Both the position numbers and the translations under genes were made by a program. Of a DNA stretch of 64,000 bases, positions 27,448 through 37,017 are shown in pieces. Source of the DNA: a bacterium (GTDB lineage Bacteria; Patescibacteriota; Minisyncoccia; UBA6257; GWB1-50-10); the NCBI GenBank assembly GCA_021813265.1, contig JAKALF010000001.1:2548-66547 (forward strand), written 5' to 3'. Positions within the stretch are counted from its first letter, which is position 1, and every line of letters begins with the position of its first letter. The notes under the pieces were generated by a model. That model saw only the letters and a program-made list of their open reading frames with translations. It was not told where the DNA came from and did not search any database.

Positions 27448-28494
27448 ATGAAACCTACGACCATCTCGGGAGTACAACCATCAGGAAGGCTTCATTTGGG
27501 AAATTACCTGGGCGCCCTCAAAAATTTTGTGGAACTCCAAAACGCGGGAGAATATAACCCCTTTTTCTTTATCGCGGATCTTCATTCCCTTACCGAGTTT
27601 CCCAAAACAGCGGATGAAAAACAAAAACAAATTTTCGATCTCGCGGCGGATTTTCTCGCGGCGGGACTCGATCCTAAACAATCAACCCTTTTTATCCAAT
27701 CAGCCGTACCGGCTCATGCGGAAACATATTGGATCTTGGGATCTTTAACGCCCTTGGGAGAACTCGGACGAATGACCCAGTTTAAAGACAAGGGAAAAAT
27801 AGAGACGCAAAAAAAAGAAAAGAAAGAAGATGGGTTTATAAAAGCCGTTGAGGCGCGAGAAGGACGAGAAAGCGTAAACGCCGGGCTTCTTACATACCCC
27901 ATCCTCATGGCCTCGGACATTCTCCTCTATGACGCGGAGACTGTTCCCGTCGGAGAAGATCAGCTTCAACATCTTGAATTCACGAGAACGCTCGCGAGAA
28001 AGTTTAATAACACGTTTGGAAAAACCTTCGTGGAACCCAAACCGATCTTAACCTCCACTCCCCGCCTTATGAGCCTTGATGATCCGACAAAAAAGATGTC
28101 GAAATCAAGTCCTTCGGGATGCGTGTTCCTTGATGATACTCCGGAAACTATCACGGAAAAGATAAAGCGAGCCGTTACCGATTCGGGGAAAACAATCGAA
28201 TATGATCCTCTAAACCGACCCGGAATATCCAATCTCCTTCTTATTCTTTCCGCTTTCTCCGGAATGTCTCCTAAAAAACTTGAAAAAGATTTTTCCGGAA
28301 CCGGATATGGGGAATTTAAAACGATGGTAGCTGAAAAAATTATCGCTTCTCTTGAACCGTTCAGAAAGAAAAAACTCTTCTTTAAAAGAAACCCGTCTCT
28401 CGTCAAAAAAGCGTTTGAAAAGGGAAATAAAACGGCGGAGAAACAGTCGGGGAAAAAGCTCATGGAAATAAAGAAAAAGGTTGGACTTCTCTAA
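27448..28494 (+). CDS. trpS: Tryptophan-tRNA ligase
   Basis: SGVQPSGRLHLGNY, VPVGEDQ, KMSKS. Confidence 0.97.
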   Translation: MKPTTISGVQPSGRLHLGNYLGALKNFVELQNAGEYNPFFFIADLHSLTEFPKTADEKQKQIFDLAADFLAAGLDPKQSTLFIQSAVPAHAETYWILGSLTPLGELGRMTQFKDKGKIETQKKEKKEDGFIKAVEAREGRESVNAGLLTYPILMASDILLYDAETVPVGEDQLQHLEFTRTLARKFNNTFGKTFVEPKPILTSTPRLMSLDDPTKKMSKSSPSGCVFLDDTPETITEKIKRAVTDSGKTIEYDPLNRPGISNLLLILSAFSGMSPKKLEKDFSGTGYGEFKTMVAEKIIASLEPFRKKKLFFKRNPSLVKKAFEKGNKTAEKQSGKKLMEIKKKVGLL

Positions 28495-28498
28495 CTAT

Positions 28499-29554
28499 AT
28501 GTTTGACAACTTAAGCAAAAAACAAGAAAAAATAATAGACGCGCATTACAAGTATGGGACTCTTGTCTCCCTGTACAATACCAACAACTCGGCAAAAAAG
28601 AAAAAAATGGACGCCGCGATAACCGATGAGGACAGGAAATTGATAGAAACATACAAACGAAAGCCAGATGATGACATAGACCCGGAAACCCGTCTTAAAT
28701 CAAAAATATTTGAGGGGGCGCTTATAAAACACGGAGAAACAATGTTTGGAGAAAAGACTTTCCTTTCTCCCGCGTCGGAATATGATGATTGGATAAACGG
28801 CACAGACGCCGTGCTTGAAATAGAAAATGGAAATGAAGAACCTATCCGTATCGCCATTGACGCGACGCTTTGTAAAACCAGCGAAAGGGCTGATATTAAA
28901 TTAAGAAATATAACACAAAATATTGAAACGTTGGATAATAAAAAAACAGAACAGTTCTATCTAAAATACTTCGAATCACGATTTAAAAACGAGGGGATAA
29001 AAGGATATTCATCGATTCCTAAGGTTATTCTGGGAGAATACGCCGAGGATTTCGATAGAATCTTGGAAGAAATGAAATCCGAACATTCAGTTATGCCCTA
29101 TATATTTCTCAAAATGATGAAAGCGCAGCTTGAAAGTTGGTTCGTGTTCGTTCTTATGGTAAATAGTCAAAAAATAGACGCCGCGAAAGGAGATATAATA
29201 AAACCGGAATTATGGTATAAAGACAAAAAGATGAGAAAAATGTATAAATCAGCTATACAATCGGTTGATAATAGTTGGAACAAAGAAAAAACAGAAGAAG
29301 CCCTGAAATTATACGAGAAAGAGGAGGGCGTGTTCGGGACAGATGATTTTTCAATTCCGAAATACGCCTCGCTCGTTTCGAACACAAAAAACGCTCTTGA
29401 CTGGATATGCGCCGAACTTGAAACGCAGAAAAAAAGATTAGAAGAACTTGATGCCGAAAAAATAAAAGATTTTGAAAACAACGAGGTGGTTCAGAAATTG
29501 GAATCCCATTTAGAAAGAGATGTTGTGCTTAAATACAGACCTATTTTTGTGTGA
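28499..29554 (+). CDS. Hypothetical protein, possible PD-(D/E)xK-like core
   Basis: ASEYDDWINGTDAVLEI...IAIDAT. Confidence 0.65.
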   Translation: MFDNLSKKQEKIIDAHYKYGTLVSLYNTNNSAKKKKMDAAITDEDRKLIETYKRKPDDDIDPETRLKSKIFEGALIKHGETMFGEKTFLSPASEYDDWINGTDAVLEIENGNEEPIRIAIDATLCKTSERADIKLRNITQNIETLDNKKTEQFYLKYFESRFKNEGIKGYSSIPKVILGEYAEDFDRILEEMKSEHSVMPYIFLKMMKAQLESWFVFVLMVNSQKIDAAKGDIIKPELWYKDKKMRKMYKSAIQSVDNSWNKEKTEEALKLYEKEEGVFGTDDFSIPKYASLVSNTKNALDWICAELETQKKRLEELDAEKIKDFENNEVVQKLESHLERDVVLKYRPIFV

Positions 29555-29590
29555 AAAAAAGCGGCATACATAATGCCGCTTTTAGAGACA

Positions 29591-29770
29591 TCAAAGAAAA
29601 TCTTCTTTGTGCCTCTTCTTATATTCCTCTACCTTCTTTTCTATTTCCCCTCTTACTCCCCTCATAGAATCGTTGGTAAATTTTTCGAAATTTCGAACAA
29701 GTTTTTTCCTGTTTTTTTCTTGTTCTTTTTTTTCTTTTTCTCTTTGAAAAATTGAGTTTTTACTCATCAT
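29591..29770 (-). CDS. Small charged protein (59 aa, below the ORF-track cutoff)
   Basis: AAGGAGG SD; MMSKNSIFQREKEKKEQEK...KEDFL; shares the terminator at 29558-29583. Confidence 0.65.
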   Translation of the reverse strand: MMSKNSIFQREKEKKEQEKNRKKLVRNFEKFTNDSMRGVRGEIEKKVEEYKKRHKEDFL

Positions 29771-29897
29771 TTCTACCTCCTTTAGGTTAATGAGCTATAT
29801 ATTTAATAACCTAAAATAATATCTATGTCAAGCTTTCGCAAAAATGCAAAGTGATAAAAATAAAGAGGCACGCAAGTGCCTCTGAATGGATATTTTT

Positions 29898-30599
29898 CTA
29901 TTTAAAAACTCTAAGGTCTATTTCTTCTACAACTCTTCCCTGTTGTTTTACGATGATCTTATTATCGCTATATTTTTCGAATGATATTGAATAATCAACA
30001 CTATCCTCTTTTTTTGCTCTATACTCGTCCACTATATTAGTAACATCTGGATCTATAACTGGGATCCAATTTAGACGGTATTCCTTATCACCATGAATAA
30101 CTAGAGTGTAGTCATATCCTTCCCAAAATCTATCGATTAAGTCATAAGAATCTGTGGCAGAGTATCTATCTCTCGTCCGGCTTTCGAACAACGTAACCGA
30201 GTAAATTGGCTGAGGGATAAATTTTTCTTCAGTTGTTTTACCCGCTATTTTCCAGCACTTATTCTTTCTAGGAATTTCATATACTTTGCCGTGATAATCT
30301 TTTACTTTGTGTGGAACCAAAATATCTTGATTGTTTGTTAAAACAAATATTGATTTTTTCCTACTAGTTCCCGGCTTTCCCCATGCTATAGTTATTGGAT
30401 TGTTATAGACGTTAATTTGATCAAGCTCATCATCTGTTATAACCAAAAAATCTGTCGTTCCGGGTATCTTTACTACATCACTAACCTCTCGTTTTAATTG
30501 TAGTGCCCCGTGATATAACTTAAGCAGTGGTGTCCTGATTTTTTCTTTAGCAACTACAAAAACTTTTTCTGCTTCGGGCGTAAAATTTAATGCATTCAT
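29898..30599 (-). CDS. Hypothetical protein (AT-rich ORFan)
   Basis: AAGGAGGA SD; downstream GCAA-loop hairpin at 29864-29883. Confidence 0.7.
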   Translation of the reverse strand: MNALNFTPEAEKVFVVAKEKIRTPLLKLYHGALQLKREVSDVVKIPGTTDFLVITDDELDQINVYNNPITIAWGKPGTSRKKSIFVLTNNQDILVPHKVKDYHGKVYEIPRKNKCWKIAGKTTEEKFIPQPIYSVTLFESRTRDRYSATDSYDLIDRFWEGYDYTLVIHGDKEYRLNWIPVIDPDVTNIVDEYRAKKEDSVDYSISFEKYSDNKIIVKQQGRVVEEIDLRVFK

Positions 30600-30788
30600 T
30601 CTATCCTCCTTAAATATTTTTAAATTATTTATTATTTACCTCATATCGTAGACAACCTGCAAATGCAAAAGTCCACACCAAGCCAGCTTGTCTTGGGTAT
30701 AAATAAATCACGGGAATTATCCACGAAACGAGATAAATAACGATTTTTTCAGTTTCTGAATAAAAAATAGCATAATATATTTTTTATG

Positions 30789-33700
30789 TCAAGCTTTCGC
30801 AATTCCAACCCACACCTTCTCTCCGTCAAACGCTGTATCAAGTTCAACCAGCATTCTTTGAACGCGTTTCATGTAAATATGTTTCGCGCTTACCTGAGAC
30901 GCTATCACAAGCTTATAAACTTCAAGAATCCTTTCGATATGGGGGGTTGTTTCAATAAAAAGCTCAATTGTTTCTCCCGCTTCAAGTTTCCCGTCTTGGC
31001 GAAGCCCCTGGACGGTTCGAACTAATTCTCTAAATATCCCCTCGTCTTTAAGCTCCTCGGTAATCTCGGTATCAAGTTTGAGCGACTCTTCAATGTCCTT
31101 CTCAAATAGAACGTCTTTCACGTTTACTTCGTCTTTTAAAATATCGAGAAATTGATGTTTTCCTTGAAGAGTCAAATCTTTTAGGGTAAGGGAAGAAAGG
31201 GGTTGTCTTACCTTTATACCGAGCTCCGCTCGTTTCGCGAGAGCGTCGCTTGCGACTTTTCTAACTGTTTCCATGAGAGAGATAAATTCCTTATTAGGTT
31301 TTTTTGTCGAAATTTCGGGCCATGTATCCATATGAACGGAAAGGGGTAACCCCTTTCCCCTGTTACGAAGCGACTGATACAAAGCTTCGGCAAAAAAGGG
31401 AGTAAAGGGAGCAATGAGTTTTGAGATTTGAAGAAGAACATATCCCAGCGTTTCGGAAGCCGAATTATAATCATTGGAATCTTCGGGTTTCTGGAGACGT
31501 TTCCTTGAACGCCTGATATACCACCTTGAAAAATCTCCGATAAAATTCTCAATTATTCTTCCGGCCCCGCCTATATCATATCGCTCCAAATGTTCCGTTA
31601 TGGATATAACGGTTTCGTCTAATAACTCTAAAATCCATGTATCTAAAATATGTCGAGATTTCGGCCTCCCCCCTATCACGCGCCCGCGATCCGCGTAGGT
31701 CTCAAAAAATATAAATGAGTTATATATGAGGAGAATAAACTGACGGAGGGTTTTTTGAAGGTCGGCTTCGTCAAATTTCTTGGGTTCTCCCGGAGGATTT
31801 ACGGTGTAGAAATACCAGCGTACCGTATCGGCTCCATATTTTTCTACCATATCCCACGGACTCACGGTGTTCCCCTTGGACTTAGACATTTTCTGTCCAT
31901 TTTTGTCGAGGATAAGGCCGAGAGAGATAACGTGACGATAGGGTTCTTGGTTCCCTAAAAGCACTGAAATCGCGAGAAGGGTGTAAAACCACCCTCGTGT
32001 TTGATCAATTCCCTCGCTGATATAATCGGCCGGAAAATATTGAGGAGTCTCGCGTTTTTTTCTATCGGTAAAAGGAAAATGATCTTGAGCAAAAGGCATA
32101 GCTCCGGAATCAAACCAAACGTCAAGCACCTCGGGAACTCTCCGCATAATTCCCTTTTCACAGGCTTTACAGGAGAAAGTAACATCATCAATGAAGGGCT
32201 TATGAAGATCGAACGCCCCCGTATCATCCCGTGGAACCATCTTACACGAAAGAGCTTTAACCTCGGCGTTTCCAAAATAATGACGTTTTTTTCCCTCCCA
32301 TGCCTTTAGGGAATCGGTGGGTATCCAACCCCTTAAAACACTCTCAAGCATCCAAAGAACATCTCCGTGACTTATAATCACGAGAGTTTTCCTGGAATAG
32401 GTTTTCTCCATTTCCTTGATAAAGGAAAACACTCGTTTCCGGACGTCGGTAAGAGACTCGCCGTTCGGATAACGCTTTATAAATCTTTCGGCTCTTGATC
32501 CAAAAAGTTCGTGGTTTCGAGAAAGAGGACTTCCATTAAAATCGCCCGAGTCGACTTCTCTTAAACGCTCGTCAAAACGCGCGTCTTGTATCCCAAGCTT
32601 TTCCGAAATAATATCGGCGCTCTCTTTAGTTCGCGTCATATCGGAGGAATATATGACATGAGGCTTGTGTCGCTTCAATATCCTTGCCGCTTTTTCAATT
32701 TCCACTCTTCCTTTTAGGGTAATGTGGCACGGTTCTTTTTCCGGCCACGAGCTCAAGATGTTTTTCACGTTATTTTCCGCCTCTCCATGGCGAATCAAGA
32801 TATACGTGTTCCCGCTTGATGTCTGAAGACGCGCGAGCTCATCCACGCTTTCGCATACGTGAGTTTTGCGGCAAATATCACACTCCCAAATAGGGAGCGG
32901 AGTTCCCCAATATCGAGAACGCGAAATCGCCCAATCTTTTACCTCCCTCAACCATTCTCCAAATCTTCCATCTTTTATATACTCGGGAATCCAATCAACG
33001 CGGGAATTCGCGGAAAGAAGATCGGCTCTCAAAGAACTCATGGAGATAAACCAGGAATCGCGGGCGTAGTATAAAAGAGAAGAAGAACATCTCCAACAGA
33101 AAGGATACTCATGGTTATAATCCTCGGTTCTAAGAAAGAAATTTTTGGATTTTAAATGATCAAAAATTACTCCTTCGGTTTCTCTGGATTTTACGTACAT
33201 GCCCGCCAAACCTGGAACGTTATCCATAAATTTCCCCTGCTCATCAACGGTATGGTATTGAGGCAACCCGATTTCTTTTCCGAGCGCGTAGTCATCCTCT
33301 CCATACATTACGGCGGTGTGAACGATACCCGTTCCATCCGTTGTTGTTACAAAATCAGCGGAATATATCGTATACGACGTGTTCGTCTTAAGTTTTGAAA
33401 CCTCGAAAAGAGGAGTGTACGTCAGTCCCAAAAGATCGGACCCTTTAACTTCCTCTATTTCTTCAATTGATCCATCGGGGAAAAGTTTTTGAAGGAGATC
33501 TTTTCCTAAAATATACACTTCTCCGCTTTCTTTATGTTTTGCTAGGGAATACGCTATGTCCTTTCCCGCGGCAAGCGCAACATTTCCGGGGAGCGTCCAA
33601 GGAGTCGTGGTCCAGGAGAGAATATAGGTGTTACGATCCGAGACGAAGTTCCCTATCTTCTGTCCTTCTGAAAGTCTAAATTTTATATAGACTGAGGTAT

Positions 33701-34334
33701 CGGTAATTTCTCTGTATCCTAAAGCAAGCTCGTGGGATGAAAGTCCCGTTCCGCAACGCGGACACCATGGAACAACCTTGTGTCCCTTGTATAGAAGCTC
33801 TTTTTTTGAAATCTGTTTTAAAATCCACCAGATGGATTCCATATATGAATTTTCATAGGTGATATAGGGATGTTTCATATCAAGCCAAAATCCTATACGC
33901 TCCGTAAGGCGCTCCCATTCATCCTTATATCTCCAGACAGACTCCCTGCATTTCGCGTTAAACGCGGCAATGCCGTATTCTTCCACTTGATTCTTTGAGG
34001 TAAGTCCGAGTTCTTTTTCAACCTCTATTTCAACCGGAAGACCGTGAGTATCCCATCCTCCCTTTCTTGGAACATGAAATCCCCGCATGGTTTTGTAGCG
34101 CAAGATAATGTCCTTAAACGATCGTGCCAAGACATGGTGAATTCCCGGATGTCCGTTAGCGGTCGGGGGGCCTTCATAAAAAACGAATACGCGTTTTTTC
34201 TTTGGAAAGAACGTTGAAAAAACGTTCTTCTTTTTTTGAGACACGGTTTTTTCAAAAACATCATGCTTTCTCCAAAATTCCAGCACGCGATGTTCGGTAT
34301 CGGGAAGTGAAAATGGTCCTTGTTTCTTAAGCAT
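30789..34334 (-). CDS. ileS: Isoleucine-tRNA ligase (type 2-like) with inserted histidine-phosphatase domain
   Basis: YEGPPTANG.PGIHH, GWDTHGLP, WTTTPWTLP, EGIDQTRGWF, KMSKS; insert RHGE...SHG. Confidence 0.95.
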   Translation of the reverse strand: MLKKQGPFSLPDTEHRVLEFWRKHDVFEKTVSQKKKNVFSTFFPKKKRVFVFYEGPPTANGHPGIHHVLARSFKDIILRYKTMRGFHVPRKGGWDTHGLPVEIEVEKELGLTSKNQVEEYGIAAFNAKCRESVWRYKDEWERLTERIGFWLDMKHPYITYENSYMESIWWILKQISKKELLYKGHKVVPWCPRCGTGLSSHELALGYREITDTSVYIKFRLSEGQKIGNFVSDRNTYILSWTTTPWTLPGNVALAAGKDIAYSLAKHKESGEVYILGKDLLQKLFPDGSIEEIEEVKGSDLLGLTYTPLFEVSKLKTNTSYTIYSADFVTTTDGTGIVHTAVMYGEDDYALGKEIGLPQYHTVDEQGKFMDNVPGLAGMYVKSRETEGVIFDHLKSKNFFLRTEDYNHEYPFCWRCSSSLLYYARDSWFISMSSLRADLLSANSRVDWIPEYIKDGRFGEWLREVKDWAISRSRYWGTPLPIWECDICRKTHVCESVDELARLQTSSGNTYILIRHGEAENNVKNILSSWPEKEPCHITLKGRVEIEKAARILKRHKPHVIYSSDMTRTKESADIISEKLGIQDARFDERLREVDSGDFNGSPLSRNHELFGSRAERFIKRYPNGESLTDVRKRVFSFIKEMEKTYSRKTLVIISHGDVLWMLESVLRGWIPTDSLKAWEGKKRHYFGNAEVKALSCKMVPRDDTGAFDLHKPFIDDVTFSCKACEKGIMRRVPEVLDVWFDSGAMPFAQDHFPFTDRKKRETPQYFPADYISEGIDQTRGWFYTLLAISVLLGNQEPYRHVISLGLILDKNGQKMSKSKGNTVSPWDMVEKYGADTVRWYFYTVNPPGEPKKFDEADLQKTLRQFILLIYNSFIFFETYADRGRVIGGRPKSRHILDTWILELLDETVISITEHLERYDIGGAGRIIENFIGDFSRWYIRRSRKRLQKPEDSNDYNSASETLGYVLLQISKLIAPFTPFFAEALYQSLRNRGKGLPLSVHMDTWPEISTKKPNKEFISLMETVRKVASDALAKRAELGIKVRQPLSSLTLKDLTLQGKHQFLDILKDEVNVKDVLFEKDIEESLKLDTEITEELKDEGIFRELVRTVQGLRQDGKLEAGETIELFIETTPHIERILEVYKLVIASQVSAKHIYMKRVQRMLVELDTAFDGEKVWVGIAKA

Positions 34335-34421
34335 ACGCGATGCATCTATAGTAATAAAAAATACGGACAAACGCCACTTTTACGCGTTCCCAAAATCATA
34401 AAAAAGCACCATAATGATATT

Positions 34422-35369
34422 ATGATGGCATTTCTCATTTTGCTGCTTTTTATTCTGTTTTATCTCCTCGGTAAATCAGCGGATCTTGTCGTTCTTCAAG
34501 TAAAAGGACTGGGGGAACGTTTCGGCATTCCCCTTTCATTTCTTGGAATCATCTTAGGTCTTTTGACTTCCGTGCCGGAACTTTCAGTTGGGATCAACGC
34601 GCTCCTCGAAAACGCGGTCGCGGTTTCGGTCGGGAATCTCTTTGGAGGAGTTATAGTCCTTTTCGGTCTTATCTACGGGGGAGGAATTATATTAAACAGA
34701 AAAACAAAAACGGACGGGAAAATCTGGCACATTATCCCCTTTTTCTCCTATATTCTCCTCGCTATTATCTTTGGAATTACGGGAACAATAACCGAGGTGG
34801 AGGGAGGAATTCTCATGGCGGGATATCTTGCCTTCATATTTTTCCTCTATCTCAAAGGAGAGAAAAAACAATCAGACCATCACTTCAAAAGAACTCCCAT
34901 TTCTCTTACAAAAAGTGTTTTGATCGTCATCGCGGGTCTTCTTGGAGTAATCGTTCTTTCAAAACTTATTGTCTTTCTCTCGCTTGAATTTATAAAAGAT
35001 TTTCATATTCCTGAATTTCTTACTGGGTTTCTTGTGTTTTCCATAGGAACAAATCTGCCTGAAGTCACTATTACCATACGATCATGGCGAAAACATATCA
35101 AAGATTTGTCAGTTGCGAATATCTACGGATCGGCAATCGCCAACATCTTTATCATAGGCCTTCTCGCCTTTTTAAAACCCATACCTATACAAACAGGGAT
35201 GTCATATTACGCGATGGCTGTAGCGTTTCTCGTACTATTTATTCTCACGGTGTTTTTTTATAAAAGCGACAAAAAACTCACGCGACCCGAGGGTTTCGCT
35301 CTTCTTGGTTTCTACGTCCTTTCCGTTGGAACTGAACTTATCTTGTTCATTCTCGGAAAAATGGGGTAA
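34422..35369 (+). CDS. Ca2+/Na+ antiporter (YrbG/CaCA family)
   Basis: Two alpha repeats, TSVPEL...GN and GTNLPE...AN.YGS. Confidence 0.88.
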   Translation: MMAFLILLLFILFYLLGKSADLVVLQVKGLGERFGIPLSFLGIILGLLTSVPELSVGINALLENAVAVSVGNLFGGVIVLFGLIYGGGIILNRKTKTDGKIWHIIPFFSYILLAIIFGITGTITEVEGGILMAGYLAFIFFLYLKGEKKQSDHHFKRTPISLTKSVLIVIAGLLGVIVLSKLIVFLSLEFIKDFHIPEFLTGFLVFSIGTNLPEVTITIRSWRKHIKDLSVANIYGSAIANIFIIGLLAFLKPIPIQTGMSYYAMAVAFLVLFILTVFFYKSDKKLTRPEGFALLGFYVLSVGTELILFILGKMG

Positions 35370-35417
35370 TATGAAAGAAAGAGGTTTTAATGTATGTATT
35401 AGAAACGTACCTCGCCT

Positions 35418-35993
35418 ATGAAAAAAAGGGAGCATTATTCGGAAAAAACGGATGAAGAACTGATTACGCTCACGCTCCAAGATAACAAGTATTATCTGTA
35501 CCTTATGGAACGCTATGAAAAAAAGCTTCTTCGGTACATTATGAGAATTTCATCGCTCCAAAAAGAAGACGCTGAAGACGTGCTCCAAGAAACCTTTATC
35601 AAGGCGTATAAAAACATGAATGACTTCGATGTTTCACTGAAGTTTTCTTCGTGGATTTACAGAATAACGCATAATGAAACTATCAATTTTCTGAGGAAAA
35701 ACCGGGTAATTAAAAACGCCATCAACAACGCTTTCAATGAAGAGGAAATTGGAAGTCTTGTTTCGGAAATAAATCAGGAGGAGGAGTTTGAAAATAACGC
35801 GCTGAAAGGTCGGGTTCAGGAAATTCTTAACGCCATGGACGAAAAATATAAGACGGTTCTTGTTTTAAAATTCATAGAAGAAAAGAGTTACAAAGAAATT
35901 TCCGACATTCTTCAAAAACCTTCGGGGACTATTGCTACCCTGATTAACAGAGCGAAAAAACAATTCAGAGAGCTTGCGGACGCCAATTTTTAA
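35418..35993 (+). CDS. ECF sigma-70 factor
   Basis: DAEDVLQETF, FSSWIYRI.HN, SYKEISDIL. Confidence 0.93.
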   Translation: MKKREHYSEKTDEELITLTLQDNKYYLYLMERYEKKLLRYIMRISSLQKEDAEDVLQETFIKAYKNMNDFDVSLKFSSWIYRITHNETINFLRKNRVIKNAINNAFNEEEIGSLVSEINQEEEFENNALKGRVQEILNAMDEKYKTVLVLKFIEEKSYKEISDILQKPSGTIATLINRAKKQFRELADANF

Positions 35994-35995
35994 CC

Positions 35996-36739
35996 ATGAC
36001 TCTAAGCGAAAAAACATTTGAAAAGATAGGGAAAGAAGAGATAACGCCAATTGCGAAATGGAAATTCTTCCTAAAAAACGTCGCGGTTTGGACGACGGGT
36101 GTTTTTGTCATCATCGCGGGAGGAATAGTAACCGCCCTCACCATCTATCGGGTAAGGGACAGCGACTGGGGGGTGTATAAAAACCTCGGAGAAAGTCCTT
36201 TTATCTATACGATTCGCATCCTTCCATATGTTTGGATTATAGTCGTCATCCTCTTTATCGCCATAGCGTATTACAACGTACGCAACACAAAGGGCGGATA
36301 TCGGTACGCGACTCACATCATCGTGTTTGGAAGTATTTTTGGATCGTTGCTTCTTGGAACCGCCTTCTTTTCTTTAGGATTCGGAGAACATATTGACGCT
36401 CAAATAGGAATATCAGTCCCCGCGTATGAATATCTTGGATATAACAAGCAAAAGATCTGGACGAATCCTGGCGAGGGTTTGCTTTCAGGCCAAATTATCG
36501 CTCTAAGAAACAGCTCTTCCAGCTTCATAATTAGGGATTTTACGGGGAAACCGTGGGTAATATATAGCGACCCTAACGCGCGATGGGACGCTTTCGTGCT
36601 CCCCAGGGTTGGGGAACAGATAAAGATTATAGGAAAACAAGAAACCCACGACATATTCTTTGCAAGTGAAATACGCCCCTGGAAATCTCTAAGCGACCCC
36701 AACGAAAGAAAAATATTTTACCTGCGTACTACTAAGTGA
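35996..36739 (+). CDS. Membrane protein, putative anti-sigma factor
   Basis: 3 TM segments plus soluble C-terminal domain, 2 nt after the ECF stop. Confidence 0.65.
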   Translation: MTLSEKTFEKIGKEEITPIAKWKFFLKNVAVWTTGVFVIIAGGIVTALTIYRVRDSDWGVYKNLGESPFIYTIRILPYVWIIVVILFIAIAYYNVRNTKGGYRYATHIIVFGSIFGSLLLGTAFFSLGFGEHIDAQIGISVPAYEYLGYNKQKIWTNPGEGLLSGQIIALRNSSSSFIIRDFTGKPWVIYSDPNARWDAFVLPRVGEQIKIIGKQETHDIFFASEIRPWKSLSDPNERKIFYLRTTK

Positions 36740-37017
36740 GGCCCCAAAAAATATTCAACTCTGGGGCGGAAAAGGTCGAAAAGCAATATTCTTGTTGGTG
36801 CGGTATATCACTCATTAAATAACACTTACAATTAAAGGACTTCCTCCAATCATATCTATATATCATCAAAGGAGGGTCATATACTAGCCAAATTATACGT
36901 AAGAATGAATGAGAAAAAAACGCGCTAATAATATAACGGCTCATGACGTAGGGTAAAAAAACACACAACATACACAGAGGGACAAAAACAAAAGCCTCGA
37001 ACCTGCGGGGCTTTTGT

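Noticed and set aside
36732-36971. 79-aa minus-strand ORF
   Set aside because: Lies past the argS terminator with no SD or promoter; protein sequence looks random
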